DNA of 64,000 bases from assembly GCA_039931865.1 (NCBI GenBank), contig JBDTRB010000003.1:5364-69363 (forward strand), written 5' to 3'. The notes under the pieces are model-generated. The model saw only the letters and a list, made by a program, of their open reading frames with translations, was not told the DNA's origin and did no database searches. The DNA comes from Acidobacteriota bacterium (GTDB lineage: Bacteria > Acidobacteriota > Thermoanaerobaculia > UBA5066 > Gp7-AA6). Positions 43,262 to 51,652 of this stretch are shown piece after piece (the stretch's first letter is position 1; every line of letters starts with the position of its first letter). The position numbers and the translations under genes were made by a program.

Positions 43262-44352
43262 TACCCCTCTCCCGCGTTACCGTCACTCCCGAGATGATCT
43301 CGGCCATGCTCGACGTCGTCGAGTCGGGCCGGTTCATCCTCGGCCCCGAGACGAAAGCGTTCGAGAACGAGTTCGCCGCCTACGTCGGGACGAAGCACGC
43401 CGTCGCGGTTTCCCAGGGGACTTCCGCGATCCAGCTTTCGCTCCTCGCGCTCGGAGTGCGGCCCGGCGACGAAGTGCTCGTTCCCTCGATGACGGCGTTT
43501 CCCACGATCGAGGGGATCATGCACGCCGGAGCCACGGCGGTGATGGTCGACGTGGACCGCTACGGAGCGATCGATCCCACCGACGCCTCGTCCCGGGTAA
43601 CGTCGAAGACGGTCGGCATCGTCCCCGTTCACCTTTATGGCGGCGCGGCGGACCTGACATCCCTGCGCGGGCTCGCCGAGCGGCATGGCCTCTGGATCGT
43701 CGAGGACTGCTGCCAGGCTCACGGGGCGCGCTTCGGAGAGAAGATCGTCGGGTCCGTCGGCCGGACCGGCTGCTTCTCCTTTTATCCGTCCAAGAACCTG
43801 ACGGTGTTCGGCGACGGCGGCATGGTGACTACGGACGACGACGACATCGCGCGGACGGTCCGCCTGTTGCGCGATCACGGGCGCACGGACAAGTACACGC
43901 ACGTCGTCGTCGGATTCAATCTCCGGTTCAACGAGATCCAGGCCGCCGTGGGACGAAAGCAGCTCGCGCTCCTCGAGGATTTCATCGAGAAGCGGCGCGC
44001 GGTCGCCCGCCACTACGACACGGCGCTGACCGGAATCGACGGGCTGCAGATTCCCGTCCAGCGGCCGGGAACTCGGATGGTCTACCACCTGTATCCGATC
44101 CGACTGAAGGACGAAGCGACTCGCGACGCGCTGCGTGACCACCTGATGCGTTCGGGCGTCGAGACCGGAATTCATTACCCGATCCCCAATCATCTTCAGC
44201 CGGCAATGGAGCCTTACGGACCCGTCCCGTCGCTCCCTGAGTGCGAAGCTCTGGGTCGGACGAGCCTCTCGCTACCGATCTTTCCGTCGCTGACCCAGGA
44301 CGAGGTCGAGACCGTCATCGCTGGCGTCCAGATCTTCTTCGAGCACGCGTGA
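43258..44352 (+). CDS. DegT/DnrJ/EryC1/StrS-family PLP aminotransferase (GnnB/WbpE-like)
   Basis: TTG start at 43258 (TTGA overlap) gives (M)IPLSRVTVTPEMISAMLDVVESGRFILGPETKAFENEFA, the usual family N-terminus. Also SFYPSKNLTVFGDGG (PLP-Lys region). The upstream part of the 570-aa ORF was rejected. Confidence 0.88.
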   Translation: MIPLSRVTVTPEMISAMLDVVESGRFILGPETKAFENEFAAYVGTKHAVAVSQGTSAIQLSLLALGVRPGDEVLVPSMTAFPTIEGIMHAGATAVMVDVDRYGAIDPTDASSRVTSKTVGIVPVHLYGGAADLTSLRGLAERHGLWIVEDCCQAHGARFGEKIVGSVGRTGCFSFYPSKNLTVFGDGGMVTTDDDDIARTVRLLRDHGRTDKYTHVVVGFNLRFNEIQAAVGRKQLALLEDFIEKRRAVARHYDTALTGIDGLQIPVQRPGTRMVYHLYPIRLKDEATRDALRDHLMRSGVETGIHYPIPNHLQPAMEPYGPVPSLPECEALGRTSLSLPIFPSLTQDEVETVIAGVQIFFEHA

Positions 44353-44425
44353 TCGCCCGGCGCAGGCGTGGAAGCGACTTCAGCCCGGCGAGATGGTGTA
44401 GGGGGAAGGCATCGCGCAGCGAAAC

Positions 44426-44448
44426 ACCCTCTCCCGCCGGGAGAGGGT
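44426..44448. other. perfect 10-bp hairpin ACCCTCTCCC-gcc-GGGAGAGGGT followed by AAAAAG
   Basis: Read directly in the convergent spacer between 44352 and 44666. There is no U-tract on either strand, so it is not a canonical terminator. Confidence 0.6.
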
Positions 44449-44569
44449 AAAAAGAGAACGCCGGTCCTCAACTTACCCCTGTCCCTGCGCTCGGGGAGAG
44501 AGGCCGGATCGCTCCCGTGCTCGCGGCCCGGGGCAAAAGACGGCGGAGCTCGACGGCCGTGTCATCGTC

Positions 44570-44597
44570 GATTCTCGATTCTCGATTCCCGATTCCC
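44570..44597. repeat. heptamer tandem array (GATTCTC)x2 (GATTCCC)x2
   Basis: Read directly. It abuts the dispersed repeat copy A. Confidence 0.95.
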
Positions 44598-44603
44598 GAT
44601 CTT

Positions 44604-44661
44604 AGTTGACCGCGGAGTACCGCGGCCGTCTCGCTCCCTTTGGTCGCTCGGCTCCCGATCC
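44604..44661. repeat. dispersed 58-nt repeat, copy A (contains the CCGCGG-AGTA-CCGCGG hairpin)
   Basis: 56 of 58 nt are identical to 55781..55838 (agttgaccgcggagtaccgcggccgtctcgctcccYttggtcgctcggctcYcgatcc). Weaker similarity extends about 12 nt to the left. Begins 5 nt beyond the asnB stop. Confidence 0.9.
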
Positions 44662-44665
44662 CCGC

Positions 44666-46525
44666 TCAAGGCGCCTCATAGGTCCGGCCGCGCACCCACC
44701 GCCGGTACCACGCTTCCAGATTCAACAGGAGCCACACCTTGTTGTTGCGGCGCTGCGTTCCCGACTCGATGAAGCGGCGCACTTCGCGCGGACGGATTAC
44801 GCCGTCCGCCGCGAGATCGCCCCGTTCGAGCACTCGGAAGGCGGCTTCGCGGTTTGCGCCTCCGACCCACGTCTTGAAGGGCGTCGAGAATCCCGCCTTC
44901 GAGCGCGTGCGGATCGCCTCGGGAAGCCACGGGTGAATGGCCTCGCGGAAGGCCACCTTCGTGGAGCCGGGGGCGAGAAGCCGCTCGGGACGGAGCGAGA
45001 ATGCGTATTCCACGAGCTGGCGATCGAGGAGCGGCACGCGCGCCTCGAGGCCGACCGCCATCGTCGAGCGGTCGACCTGCATCAGTCCATTGTCCGGAAG
45101 ATACGTATGCAGGTCGAGATAGAGCAAGCGGTGGGCCAGCGGGAGATCGGGCCGGTCGAACTGGCGGAACAGCCAGGCGGGGTCGCGCGGCTTCGCCCCG
45201 AGGATGCGTTCCTGCTCCGGTTTCCCGAAGAACGCGCGAACGGGAAAATACCGGTCGATGAAGTCGGGAGCGAGGAGCCGCGCCGATCCCGCCGCGCGCG
45301 ATCCGAAGGGGCGGCGCGCGAGCGGCTCGATCAACGCGCGGTAGGCGCCTGAGAGAACGGGCCGGAGCGGGCCAAAGCCTCGCCGCATTCCCTCGTACCG
45401 CATGATGGTCTCGTCCCATCCGTAGCCGCCGAAGACCTCGTCTCCCCCATCGCCCGTCAGCACGACCTTGACCTCCTTGCGCGCCAGGGCGGAGACTCCG
45501 CTGACCGCGAGCACGCTCGAGTCGTAGAGCGGCTCGTCGTAGACCTCGGCAGAGTGGGCGAGCGTCGACGACAGGTCGCCGACGTCGAGAATGTCCTCGC
45601 GGTGGCGGGTTCCGAATGCCTCCGCCGCGATTCTCGCGTAGCGCATGTCGTCCATGTCGCCGCCGCGGAATCCGAGAGTGAAAGTCGGAAGACCCGGAAT
45701 CTGCCGCGCCGCCCGCTCGACGACGGTGCTCGAGTCGAGCCCTCCCGAGAGAAACGCGCCGACCGGCACGTCCGATACGAGATGGGACCGAACGGCCGAG
45801 TCGAGCCTCGATCTCAGCTCCTCCGGATCGTCGGACACCTCGCGCCGCTCGAGGCGCCAGAACGGCTCGACGGCCACGGATCCGGAGGCGCGGTCGAAGA
45901 GCAGGCGGTGCGCCGGCGGCAGCTTTCGGATGCCGGCGAAGATGCAGCGGTCGAACGGCACGTAACCGTAGGATAGAAAGTCCGAGAGGGCGTCGGCATC
46001 GAGCCGCGCCGAAACGCCGGGCAGCGCGAGCAGCGCCTTGGGCTCGGAGGCGAAGGCGAGCCCCCCCGCGAGGCGCGTGTAATACAGGGGCTTGATGCCG
46101 AGCCGGTCGCGCGCGAGCAGGAGCCGGCCCTGGCGGTCGTCCCAGAGTGCCAGAACGAACATCCCTTCGAGGCGGGGCAGCGCCTCGGGACCATCGAGTC
46201 GGAGCAACCGGTGGGCGACCTCGCCATCGCTCTCGGACAGGAACCGCTCGCCCCGCTTCTCGAGCCCGCTTCGGATCTCGCGGAAGTTGTAGATTTCCCC
46301 GTTATGGATGAACGCCGAGGATCTGTCGGGCGATATCGACGGCTCCTCGCCGCGCACCGAAGGGTCGAGGATCGCAAGCCGGCGGTGGCCGAGGATCGCG
46401 GTTCGGTCGCCGCTGCACCACTGTCCCGCGCCGTCAGGACCCCGCCGGTTGAGGGTCTCGAGAGCGCGATCGATGGAGCGGGAGTCGAGGACGTCCTGAC
46501 CGACCCATCCGACGATGCCGCACAC
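44666..46525 (-). CDS. asnB: asparagine synthase (glutamine-hydrolysing) family amidotransferase
   Basis: GTG start giving (M)CGIVGW (Ntn Cys2). Motifs: HRRLAILD, HNGEIYN, SGGLDSS (PP-loop). Confidence 0.9.
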   Translation of the reverse strand: MCGIVGWVGQDVLDSRSIDRALETLNRRGPDGAGQWCSGDRTAILGHRRLAILDPSVRGEEPSISPDRSSAFIHNGEIYNFREIRSGLEKRGERFLSESDGEVAHRLLRLDGPEALPRLEGMFVLALWDDRQGRLLLARDRLGIKPLYYTRLAGGLAFASEPKALLALPGVSARLDADALSDFLSYGYVPFDRCIFAGIRKLPPAHRLLFDRASGSVAVEPFWRLERREVSDDPEELRSRLDSAVRSHLVSDVPVGAFLSGGLDSSTVVERAARQIPGLPTFTLGFRGGDMDDMRYARIAAEAFGTRHREDILDVGDLSSTLAHSAEVYDEPLYDSSVLAVSGVSALARKEVKVVLTGDGGDEVFGGYGWDETIMRYEGMRRGFGPLRPVLSGAYRALIEPLARRPFGSRAAGSARLLAPDFIDRYFPVRAFFGKPEQERILGAKPRDPAWLFRQFDRPDLPLAHRLLYLDLHTYLPDNGLMQVDRSTMAVGLEARVPLLDRQLVEYAFSLRPERLLAPGSTKVAFREAIHPWLPEAIRTRSKAGFSTPFKTWVGGANREAAFRVLERGDLAADGVIRPREVRRFIESGTQRRNNKVWLLLNLEAWYRRWVRGRTYEAP

Positions 46526-46536
46526 CTTTTAGCCGC

Positions 46537-46564
46537 GAGGGGTGAGGCGTGAGGGGTGAGGCGT
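46537..46564. repeat. 14-nt tandem repeat GAGGGGTGAGGCGT x2 (equivalently alternating heptamers)
   Basis: Read directly, 12 nt upstream of the asnB start codon in the asnB 5' leader/promoter region. Confidence 0.95.
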
Positions 46565-46620
46565 ACAGAAGCCGCCCTGGTCGGATGCCTGGACCGCCAG
46601 ACCCCTGACGCCCTGGCCCT

Positions 46621-46818
46621 TCACGCCGGAAAGGGATACATCAGCCAGGCGACCGCGAGCCCGCCGAGGATCAGCGCGCCGAAGATCTTTCCGAAAAGCG
46701 CGAGCCGTTCGCGCCGATCGTTGCGCCAGACGAACGCGAAGAACACGGACACCAGAAACGCGTACAGCGCCATGATCAGGAAGTGATCCACCGGAACGAG
46801 CGCTGCCACGAAGATCAC
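46621..46818 (-). CDS. small two-TM membrane protein (hypothetical)
   Basis: GTG start at 46816-46818 forms a GTGA overlap with the upstream stop. The 65-aa product (M)IFVAALVPVDHFLIMALYAFLVSVFFAFVW...FGALILGGLAVAWLMYPF has two clear hydrophobic helices. Confidence 0.5.
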   Translation of the reverse strand: MIFVAALVPVDHFLIMALYAFLVSVFFAFVWRNDRRERLALFGKIFGALILGGLAVAWLMYPFPA

Positions 46819-47204
46819 GCTTTCCGCCCCACCGCGATGTCGAAAGCGTCGAGCATCAGAAGCAGGTTCATGAGCCCCGAGGTCAGGAGGTAGGCGCATC
46901 CGTATTCGTAGGTCACCGACAGGACCGCGCCGCCCGGGTTGTCCGAGAGCAGCCGGCCGGCAATGTTCAACAGACCCGCGCCGTACACGGCGAACGTGGC
47001 GAGGATCGACAGCGGCTGCCCCGGTTCGATCGTGTACAAGCGGCCCTGAAACGACAGTCCGAGGATGAACGTGGTGGCGACGACGGCCGCGTAGACCAGG
47101 CCGGTGCGCGGCCGCCCGAGGTAGGCGTGGCCGAGACCGGGGAACACCCACGCGAGCACGACCGCGATCCAGCGCCGCGACGCGTTCGGCGCCTGCGACG
47201 TCAT
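46815..47204 (-). CDS. hypothetical polytopic membrane protein
   Basis: ATGA overlap with the HIT gene stop. Contains RRWIAVVLAWVFPGLGHAYLGR followed by further TM segments. Confidence 0.65.
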   Translation of the reverse strand: MTSQAPNASRRWIAVVLAWVFPGLGHAYLGRPRTGLVYAAVVATTFILGLSFQGRLYTIEPGQPLSILATFAVYGAGLLNIAGRLLSDNPGGAVLSVTYEYGCAYLLTSGLMNLLLMLDAFDIAVGRKA

Positions 47205-47698
47205 TTCGGCTCGTCCGCGAAGAGCGGGCGCAGGCGCGACAGGGTGGCCGAGGGCTCCTCGGGAACGACGCGAACGTCCCCGGTCACCGTCATGAAGTTC
47301 GTGTCTCCGCTCCAGCGCGGCACCAGATGCACGTGGTAATGGTCCGCGACCCCTGCACCGGCGGCGGAGCCGAAGTTGATCCCGACGTTCAAGCCGTCCG
47401 TCCTGTAGGCCGAGGTCAGGATGCGCTCGGCCTTCGCGACCGTCCGGATGAGCTCGGTCAGCGTCTCTTCGGAGGAGCCGGAAAGGCGGGCTTCATGGGC
47501 GTACGGCGCGACCATCACGTGTCCGTTGGTATAGGGGTAGCGGTTCAGAATGACGAACACTTTCCGGCCGCGAAAGACGACGAGGGTGTCCTCGTCGGTT
47601 TCCGAAGCGGCGGCCTCGCAGAAAAAACAGGTCGTTCCCGACTTATCAGACACGAGGTATTCGTAACGCCAGGGGGCGAAGAGGACGTCCGGCATCAC
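47201..47698 (-). CDS. HIT-family nucleotide hydrolase/transferase
   Basis: Histidine triad ADHYHVHLVPRW. Also has an N-terminal CxxC-like FFCE. Confidence 0.85.
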   Translation of the reverse strand: MMPDVLFAPWRYEYLVSDKSGTTCFFCEAAASETDEDTLVVFRGRKVFVILNRYPYTNGHVMVAPYAHEARLSGSSEETLTELIRTVAKAERILTSAYRTDGLNVGINFGSAAGAGVADHYHVHLVPRWSGDTNFMTVTGDVRVVPEEPSATLSRLRPLFADEPK

Positions 47699-47702
47699 CC
47701 GA

Positions 47703-47978
47703 TCAACGGTTGATGAGCTCTTTCAGTTCCTTGCCGGGCTTGAAATACGGAATCTTTTTGGCTGGCACCGAGACCTTTACCCCGGTTTTCGGATTGCGCC
47801 CCATCCGGGCACCCCGCTCGCGAAGACGGAATGAGCCGAATCCCCGAAGCTCGATCTTCTGGCCTTCCTTGAGTGACCGGACGATCGCGTCGAAAACGGT
47901 ATCGACGATCGCTTCCGCCTGTTTCTTGGTCACGTCGGTCGCGACCGCGACTCGCTCGATCAGCTCGGCTTTCGTCAT
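47703..47978 (-). CDS. HU/IHF-family DNA-binding protein (IHF-beta-like)
   Basis: Contains MTKAELIERVA...TKKQAEAIVDTVFDAI...L..G..IELRGFGSF..R.R.AR.GRNPKTG..V.VPAKK.P.FKPGKEL. Confidence 0.88.
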   Translation of the reverse strand: MTKAELIERVAVATDVTKKQAEAIVDTVFDAIVRSLKEGQKIELRGFGSFRLRERGARMGRNPKTGVKVSVPAKKIPYFKPGKELKELINR

Positions 47979-48003
47979 TCCGTTCCCTGGAACGGACGGA
48001 CGA

Positions 48004-48026
48004 GGCGGCGGGAGGCACCCGCCGCC
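48004..48026 (-). terminator. possible terminator/attenuator hairpin between rpsA and the HU/IHF gene
   Basis: GGCGGCGGG-5 nt-CCCGCCGCC, a 9-bp GC stem, lies 44 nt after the rpsA stop. No clear U-tract, so confidence is low. Confidence 0.3.
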
Positions 48027-48069
48027 CGCAGAACGCCCCGAGTACCCGTCGACATGTTCGGCTGATCCG

Positions 48070-49938
48070 CTAACTCTTCGGGGCGGCGTCTTCCGCCTTC
48101 TTACGGGTGCGCTTTTTCTTGACGACGCCCTCGCCCTCGCCCTGGGGTGTCTCGACCGGCGGCGCCGCCGCCTCTCCCGGGGCAGCTTCGGCGGTAGCCT
48201 CAGCAGGGGCCTCTGGAGCGGAGGCCGGAGCAGAGGCCTCGACGACGGCGGGAGCCGGAGTGGCCTCGGCCTCTCCTTCTGCGGCGGGAGGAGAGGGAGC
48301 GGCGGGCTCGACGCCCTGGCCTGACAGCCCGACCTTCATCTCCGCGTCCTCGATGCGGAGGATGCGGGCGCGCAGCGGGTCGCCTTCCTTGTAGTGATCC
48401 TGCGGCTTTTCGCCGCGTCCCACGGGCGTCTCGGAGACGTGCATCAGACCCTCGACGAGCCCTTCGATCTGCACGAAGACGCCGAAGTCGGCGACGCGCG
48501 TGACGATGCCCTCGACCACGTCGCCGGCCTGGTACTTGTCCTTGAAGGTCTGCCAGTCGTTCGGCTGGAATTCCTTGATCGAAAGAGAAATGCGCCGGTT
48601 CTCCTGGTCGATCGACGTGATGATCGCCTCGACGTCGTCGCCCTTCTTCAGGACTTCCGACGGGTGCTTGATGCGCTTGGTCCACGACATGTCGGAGACG
48701 TGCACGAGCCCGTCGACGCCCTCTTCGATTTCGACGAAGGCGCCGAAGTCGGTCAGGTTGCGGACCTTGCCGTTGACGCGGCTTCCGATCTGGTACTTCT
48801 CGACCACGCTCTCCCACGGATCGGGGAGCGTGTCTTTCAGCGACAGGGAAATGCGCCGCGCGTCGCGGTTGACGTCCGAGACGATCGCCTCGACTGTGTC
48901 GCCGGGCGAAACGACCTTGGAAGGATTCTTGACCTTCTTGGACCAGGACATCTCGGAGACGTGGACGAGGCCCTCGACCCCTTCCTCGAGTTCGACGAAC
49001 GCGCCGTAGTCGGTCACGTTCGTGACGCGCCCGGTGACGCGGGACCCGGTCGGATAGCGCTCCGGCACGTGACTCCAGGGATCGTCGGTGAGCTGCTTCG
49101 TGCCGAGCGAGACGCGCTCCGTCTCGCGGTCGAACTTCAGAACCACGACGTCGATCTCATCGCCGACCTTGACCAGGTCCGACGGATGATTCACTCGGCC
49201 CCAGGACATGTCGGTGACGTGGAGCAGGCCGTCGAGACCGCCGAGGTCCACGAACGCGCCGTAGTCGGTCAGGTTCTTGACGGTTCCGCGGAGGACCCGG
49301 CCCTCTTCGAGGAGCTGGAGGGTCTCCTTCTTCTTCGCTTCCTGCTCGACCTCGACGACGGCCTTGCGGGAAAGCACGATGTTTCCGCGCTTCTTGTCGA
49401 CCGAAATGACCTTGAAATCGAGGTCCTTCCCGCGCAGAGACTCCAGGTTCTTCACCGGCTTGACGTCAACCAGGGAGCCCGGCAGGAACGCCTTGACTCC
49501 GATGTCGACCGCGAGGCCGCCTTTGATCCGGTCGATCACCCGGCCCCGGACCGTGGAACCCGAGCGGTAGGACTTCTCGACCTCGTCCCAGACCTTCATT
49601 TTCTCGGCTTTGTCCTTCGAGAGGACGACGTAGCCGTTCTGGTCTTCCGTGCGTTCCAGGAGCACGTCGACGGCGTCACCCGGCTTGACCATCACGTTTC
49701 CGGAGAAATCCGTGAACTCCGAAACCGGGATCATGCCTTCGGACTTGTAACCGATGTCGACGATCACTTCAGAGGGGGTCACCGTGAGAACCCGGCCCCG
49801 GATGATCTGCCCTTCCTGGAGATTTTTAAACGAGTTTTCGTACTGGGCCAGGAGGTGCTCGTATTCCTGGGGCGTCATTTCTTGATCCGTTTGCATCGAC
49901 TCGGTTTCCCGTCCCCCTTTATCGTTTTCAGCCTTCAT
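48070..49938 (-). CDS. rpsA: 30S ribosomal protein S1 (six S1 domains) with Ala/Pro/Glu-rich C-terminal extension
   Basis: Repeated S1 OB-fold signatures (G.V..V...G..VD.G...G..H.S). The C-terminus is APSPPAAEGEAEATPAPAVVEA...KKKRTRKK. An alternative start at the second Met (MQTDQEM) is possible. Confidence 0.93.
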   Translation of the reverse strand: MKAENDKGGRETESMQTDQEMTPQEYEHLLAQYENSFKNLQEGQIIRGRVLTVTPSEVIVDIGYKSEGMIPVSEFTDFSGNVMVKPGDAVDVLLERTEDQNGYVVLSKDKAEKMKVWDEVEKSYRSGSTVRGRVIDRIKGGLAVDIGVKAFLPGSLVDVKPVKNLESLRGKDLDFKVISVDKKRGNIVLSRKAVVEVEQEAKKKETLQLLEEGRVLRGTVKNLTDYGAFVDLGGLDGLLHVTDMSWGRVNHPSDLVKVGDEIDVVVLKFDRETERVSLGTKQLTDDPWSHVPERYPTGSRVTGRVTNVTDYGAFVELEEGVEGLVHVSEMSWSKKVKNPSKVVSPGDTVEAIVSDVNRDARRISLSLKDTLPDPWESVVEKYQIGSRVNGKVRNLTDFGAFVEIEEGVDGLVHVSDMSWTKRIKHPSEVLKKGDDVEAIITSIDQENRRISLSIKEFQPNDWQTFKDKYQAGDVVEGIVTRVADFGVFVQIEGLVEGLMHVSETPVGRGEKPQDHYKEGDPLRARILRIEDAEMKVGLSGQGVEPAAPSPPAAEGEAEATPAPAVVEASAPASAPEAPAEATAEAAPGEAAAPPVETPQGEGEGVVKKKRTRKKAEDAAPKS

Positions 49939-49983
49939 GCGAAGGAGAGTCCCCTCTCATAAGTATTTGACTTGCAAAAATAT

Positions 49984-50013
49984 AGTCTACGTTGGGGGCC
50001 TCGAGGGAGTCAA
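49984..50013 (-). promoter_or_regulatory. candidate sigma-70-type promoter for rpsA
   Basis: The minus strand reads TTGACT-18 nt-TAGACT followed by an AT-rich tract (tatatttttgcaagtcaaatactta), about 45 nt upstream of the rpsA ATG. The -35 overlaps the cmk stop. Confidence 0.35.
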
Positions 50014-50690
50014 CCACCCGAGCGGAGCACCCGACGCTCCATTTCGGCCACGACACCCTCCGGACTGAGGCTGCCGGTGTCCATCACGACGTATCGACCG
50101 TCCAGGGTCAGCGGGGAGTCCTGCCGGCTGCTGTCGTCGGAATCCCGCTTCTCCATGTCGCGGAGGACGGCCTCATAGGCCTGGGGGGTCCCCCGGACTC
50201 TGAGCTCGGCCGTGCGCCGGGCGGCACGGACCTCCGGGGGGGCGGTCAGGAAGAATTTATGGGGGGTTTCGGGGAACACCCGGGTTCCGATATCGCGTCC
50301 CTCGAGCACTCCGCCCCGAGCACGCCCCAGCCGCTGCTGCTCCGAAACCAGGCGGCGCCGGACGGCCGGAATCGCGGAGACGGCGGAGGCATAGAGGGAG
50401 ATTTCAGGCTCCCGGATCAGCTCCGTCACGTCCCGGCCATCCAGGAGCACGCGGTCCCCCGCCGGAGTCGGCACGAGCTCGATGGAGACGCCGTCGGCCA
50501 CCGCCGTCGCCTCGGCGGGATCGGCTATCGGCAGCCGGACGCCCCGCTCCCGCGCGGCAAGACCGACGGCGCGGTACATCGCGCCCGTGTCGATGTAGGG
50601 GACGCCGAGCCGCGATGCGAGCATGCGGGCCGCGGTCGACTTTCCCGCTCCGGAGGGCCCGTCGATCGCGACGATCAACGGCGGGCTCAC
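50010..50690 (-). CDS. cmk: cytidylate kinase
   Basis: Contains IVAIDGPSGAGKSTAARMLASRLGVPYIDTGAMYRAV. Confidence 0.93.
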   Translation of the reverse strand: MSPPLIVAIDGPSGAGKSTAARMLASRLGVPYIDTGAMYRAVGLAARERGVRLPIADPAEATAVADGVSIELVPTPAGDRVLLDGRDVTELIREPEISLYASAVSAIPAVRRRLVSEQQRLGRARGGVLEGRDIGTRVFPETPHKFFLTAPPEVRAARRTAELRVRGTPQAYEAVLRDMEKRDSDDSSRQDSPLTLDGRYVVMDTGSLSPEGVVAEMERRVLRSGG

Positions 50691-51592
50691 CGGGTTCGGG
50701 CGGGCGCTCGGGGACGGCGCGGCGGAGCGACCGCTGAGACCGCCGCCCGGCCGTCCTCGGGGGCGCCCCGGCGCTCATCCGCCCGACGCGGGCGCTCGCG
50801 CCGCGCGCCGGGCCGCGAAGATCGGGCCGGGGGCTTTTCGCCGCTTTGCGGGCGGGCGGCGAGAGACGCCTTGAGCGCCGCGACCTCGGCGCCGGTTAAC
50901 CGGCGCAACCGACCGGGCGGGAGCTCCTCGTCGCGGATCGGGCCGATGGCGACACGTTTCAGTTTCGAGACCTGATGGCCGATGACCTCGAACATGCGGC
51001 GGATCTGCCGGCTTCGACCTTCCCGCAGCGTGACCCGAAACCAGGCGTTGCCCTCGCCGCGGCCCGCGGTCGTGCGGATCGGGTCGATCTCGCAGGAGCG
51101 GGTCCGGATTCCGTCGAGCACGATTCCGCGGCGGAGCCGCTCGAGGTCTTTCTCCGAAGGGACTCCGGAGACTTTGACGCTGTACTCCTTGGCGCACCCG
51201 ATCGACGGGTGCGTGACGTCGCGGGCGAGGTCGCCGTCGTCGGTCAAAAGAAGCAGGCCCTCCGTCCCGACGTCGAGGCGCCCAACCGGACGGACTCCGG
51301 CGCGCAGAGTCCCCGGGACGAGGTCCATGACGGTGTCCCTTCGCTCGGGGTCGGACATGGTCGTCACGTAGCCCTTCGGTTTGTTGAGAAGCAGGTAGGT
51401 TCGCTCGGCCGCGGGCGGGCGGATCCGTTTGCCGTCCACCTTGACCGCGTCCTTCTCGGGATCCGCGCGGTCGCCGAGTGAAGCCACCTGCCCGTTCACG
51501 GAGACCCGTCCCTCGCGAATCCAGTCCTCGGCTTCGCGCCGCGACGCGAGGCCGACGCGGGAAAGCACTTTCTGAAGGCGTTCTGGTGGCAA
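50687..51592 (-). CDS. rluB: 23S rRNA pseudouridine synthase, RsuA/RluB family, with basic C-terminal tail
   Basis: S4 domain (RLQKVLSRVGLASRREAEDWIREGRVSVNG) and catalytic VGRLDVGTEGLLLLTDDG. Confidence 0.85.
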   Translation of the reverse strand: MPPERLQKVLSRVGLASRREAEDWIREGRVSVNGQVASLGDRADPEKDAVKVDGKRIRPPAAERTYLLLNKPKGYVTTMSDPERRDTVMDLVPGTLRAGVRPVGRLDVGTEGLLLLTDDGDLARDVTHPSIGCAKEYSVKVSGVPSEKDLERLRRGIVLDGIRTRSCEIDPIRTTAGRGEGNAWFRVTLREGRSRQIRRMFEVIGHQVSKLKRVAIGPIRDEELPPGRLRRLTGAEVAALKASLAARPQSGEKPPARSSRPGARRERPRRADERRGAPEDGRAAVSAVAPPRRPRAPARTR

Positions 51593-51652
51593 CGGTGTCC
51601 TCAGCGAGACTCGAACACGGGGATTCCAACGCGAGGGCGCCGCGTTAAGACC

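Noticed and set aside
47980-47995. CCGTTCC-CT-GGAACGG dyad just upstream of the HU/IHF start as a translational switch
   Set aside because: The 2-nt loop makes the full hairpin sterically implausible, and the alternative 5-bp stem is weak. There is no supporting evidence beyond the symmetry.
51593-51652. tRNA-like string gactcgaacacggggattcc between rluB and scpB
   Set aside because: The spacer is only 60 nt. There is no acceptor, anticodon or D-arm arrangement and no GGTTCGAATCC-type T-arm, so it is not a tRNA gene.
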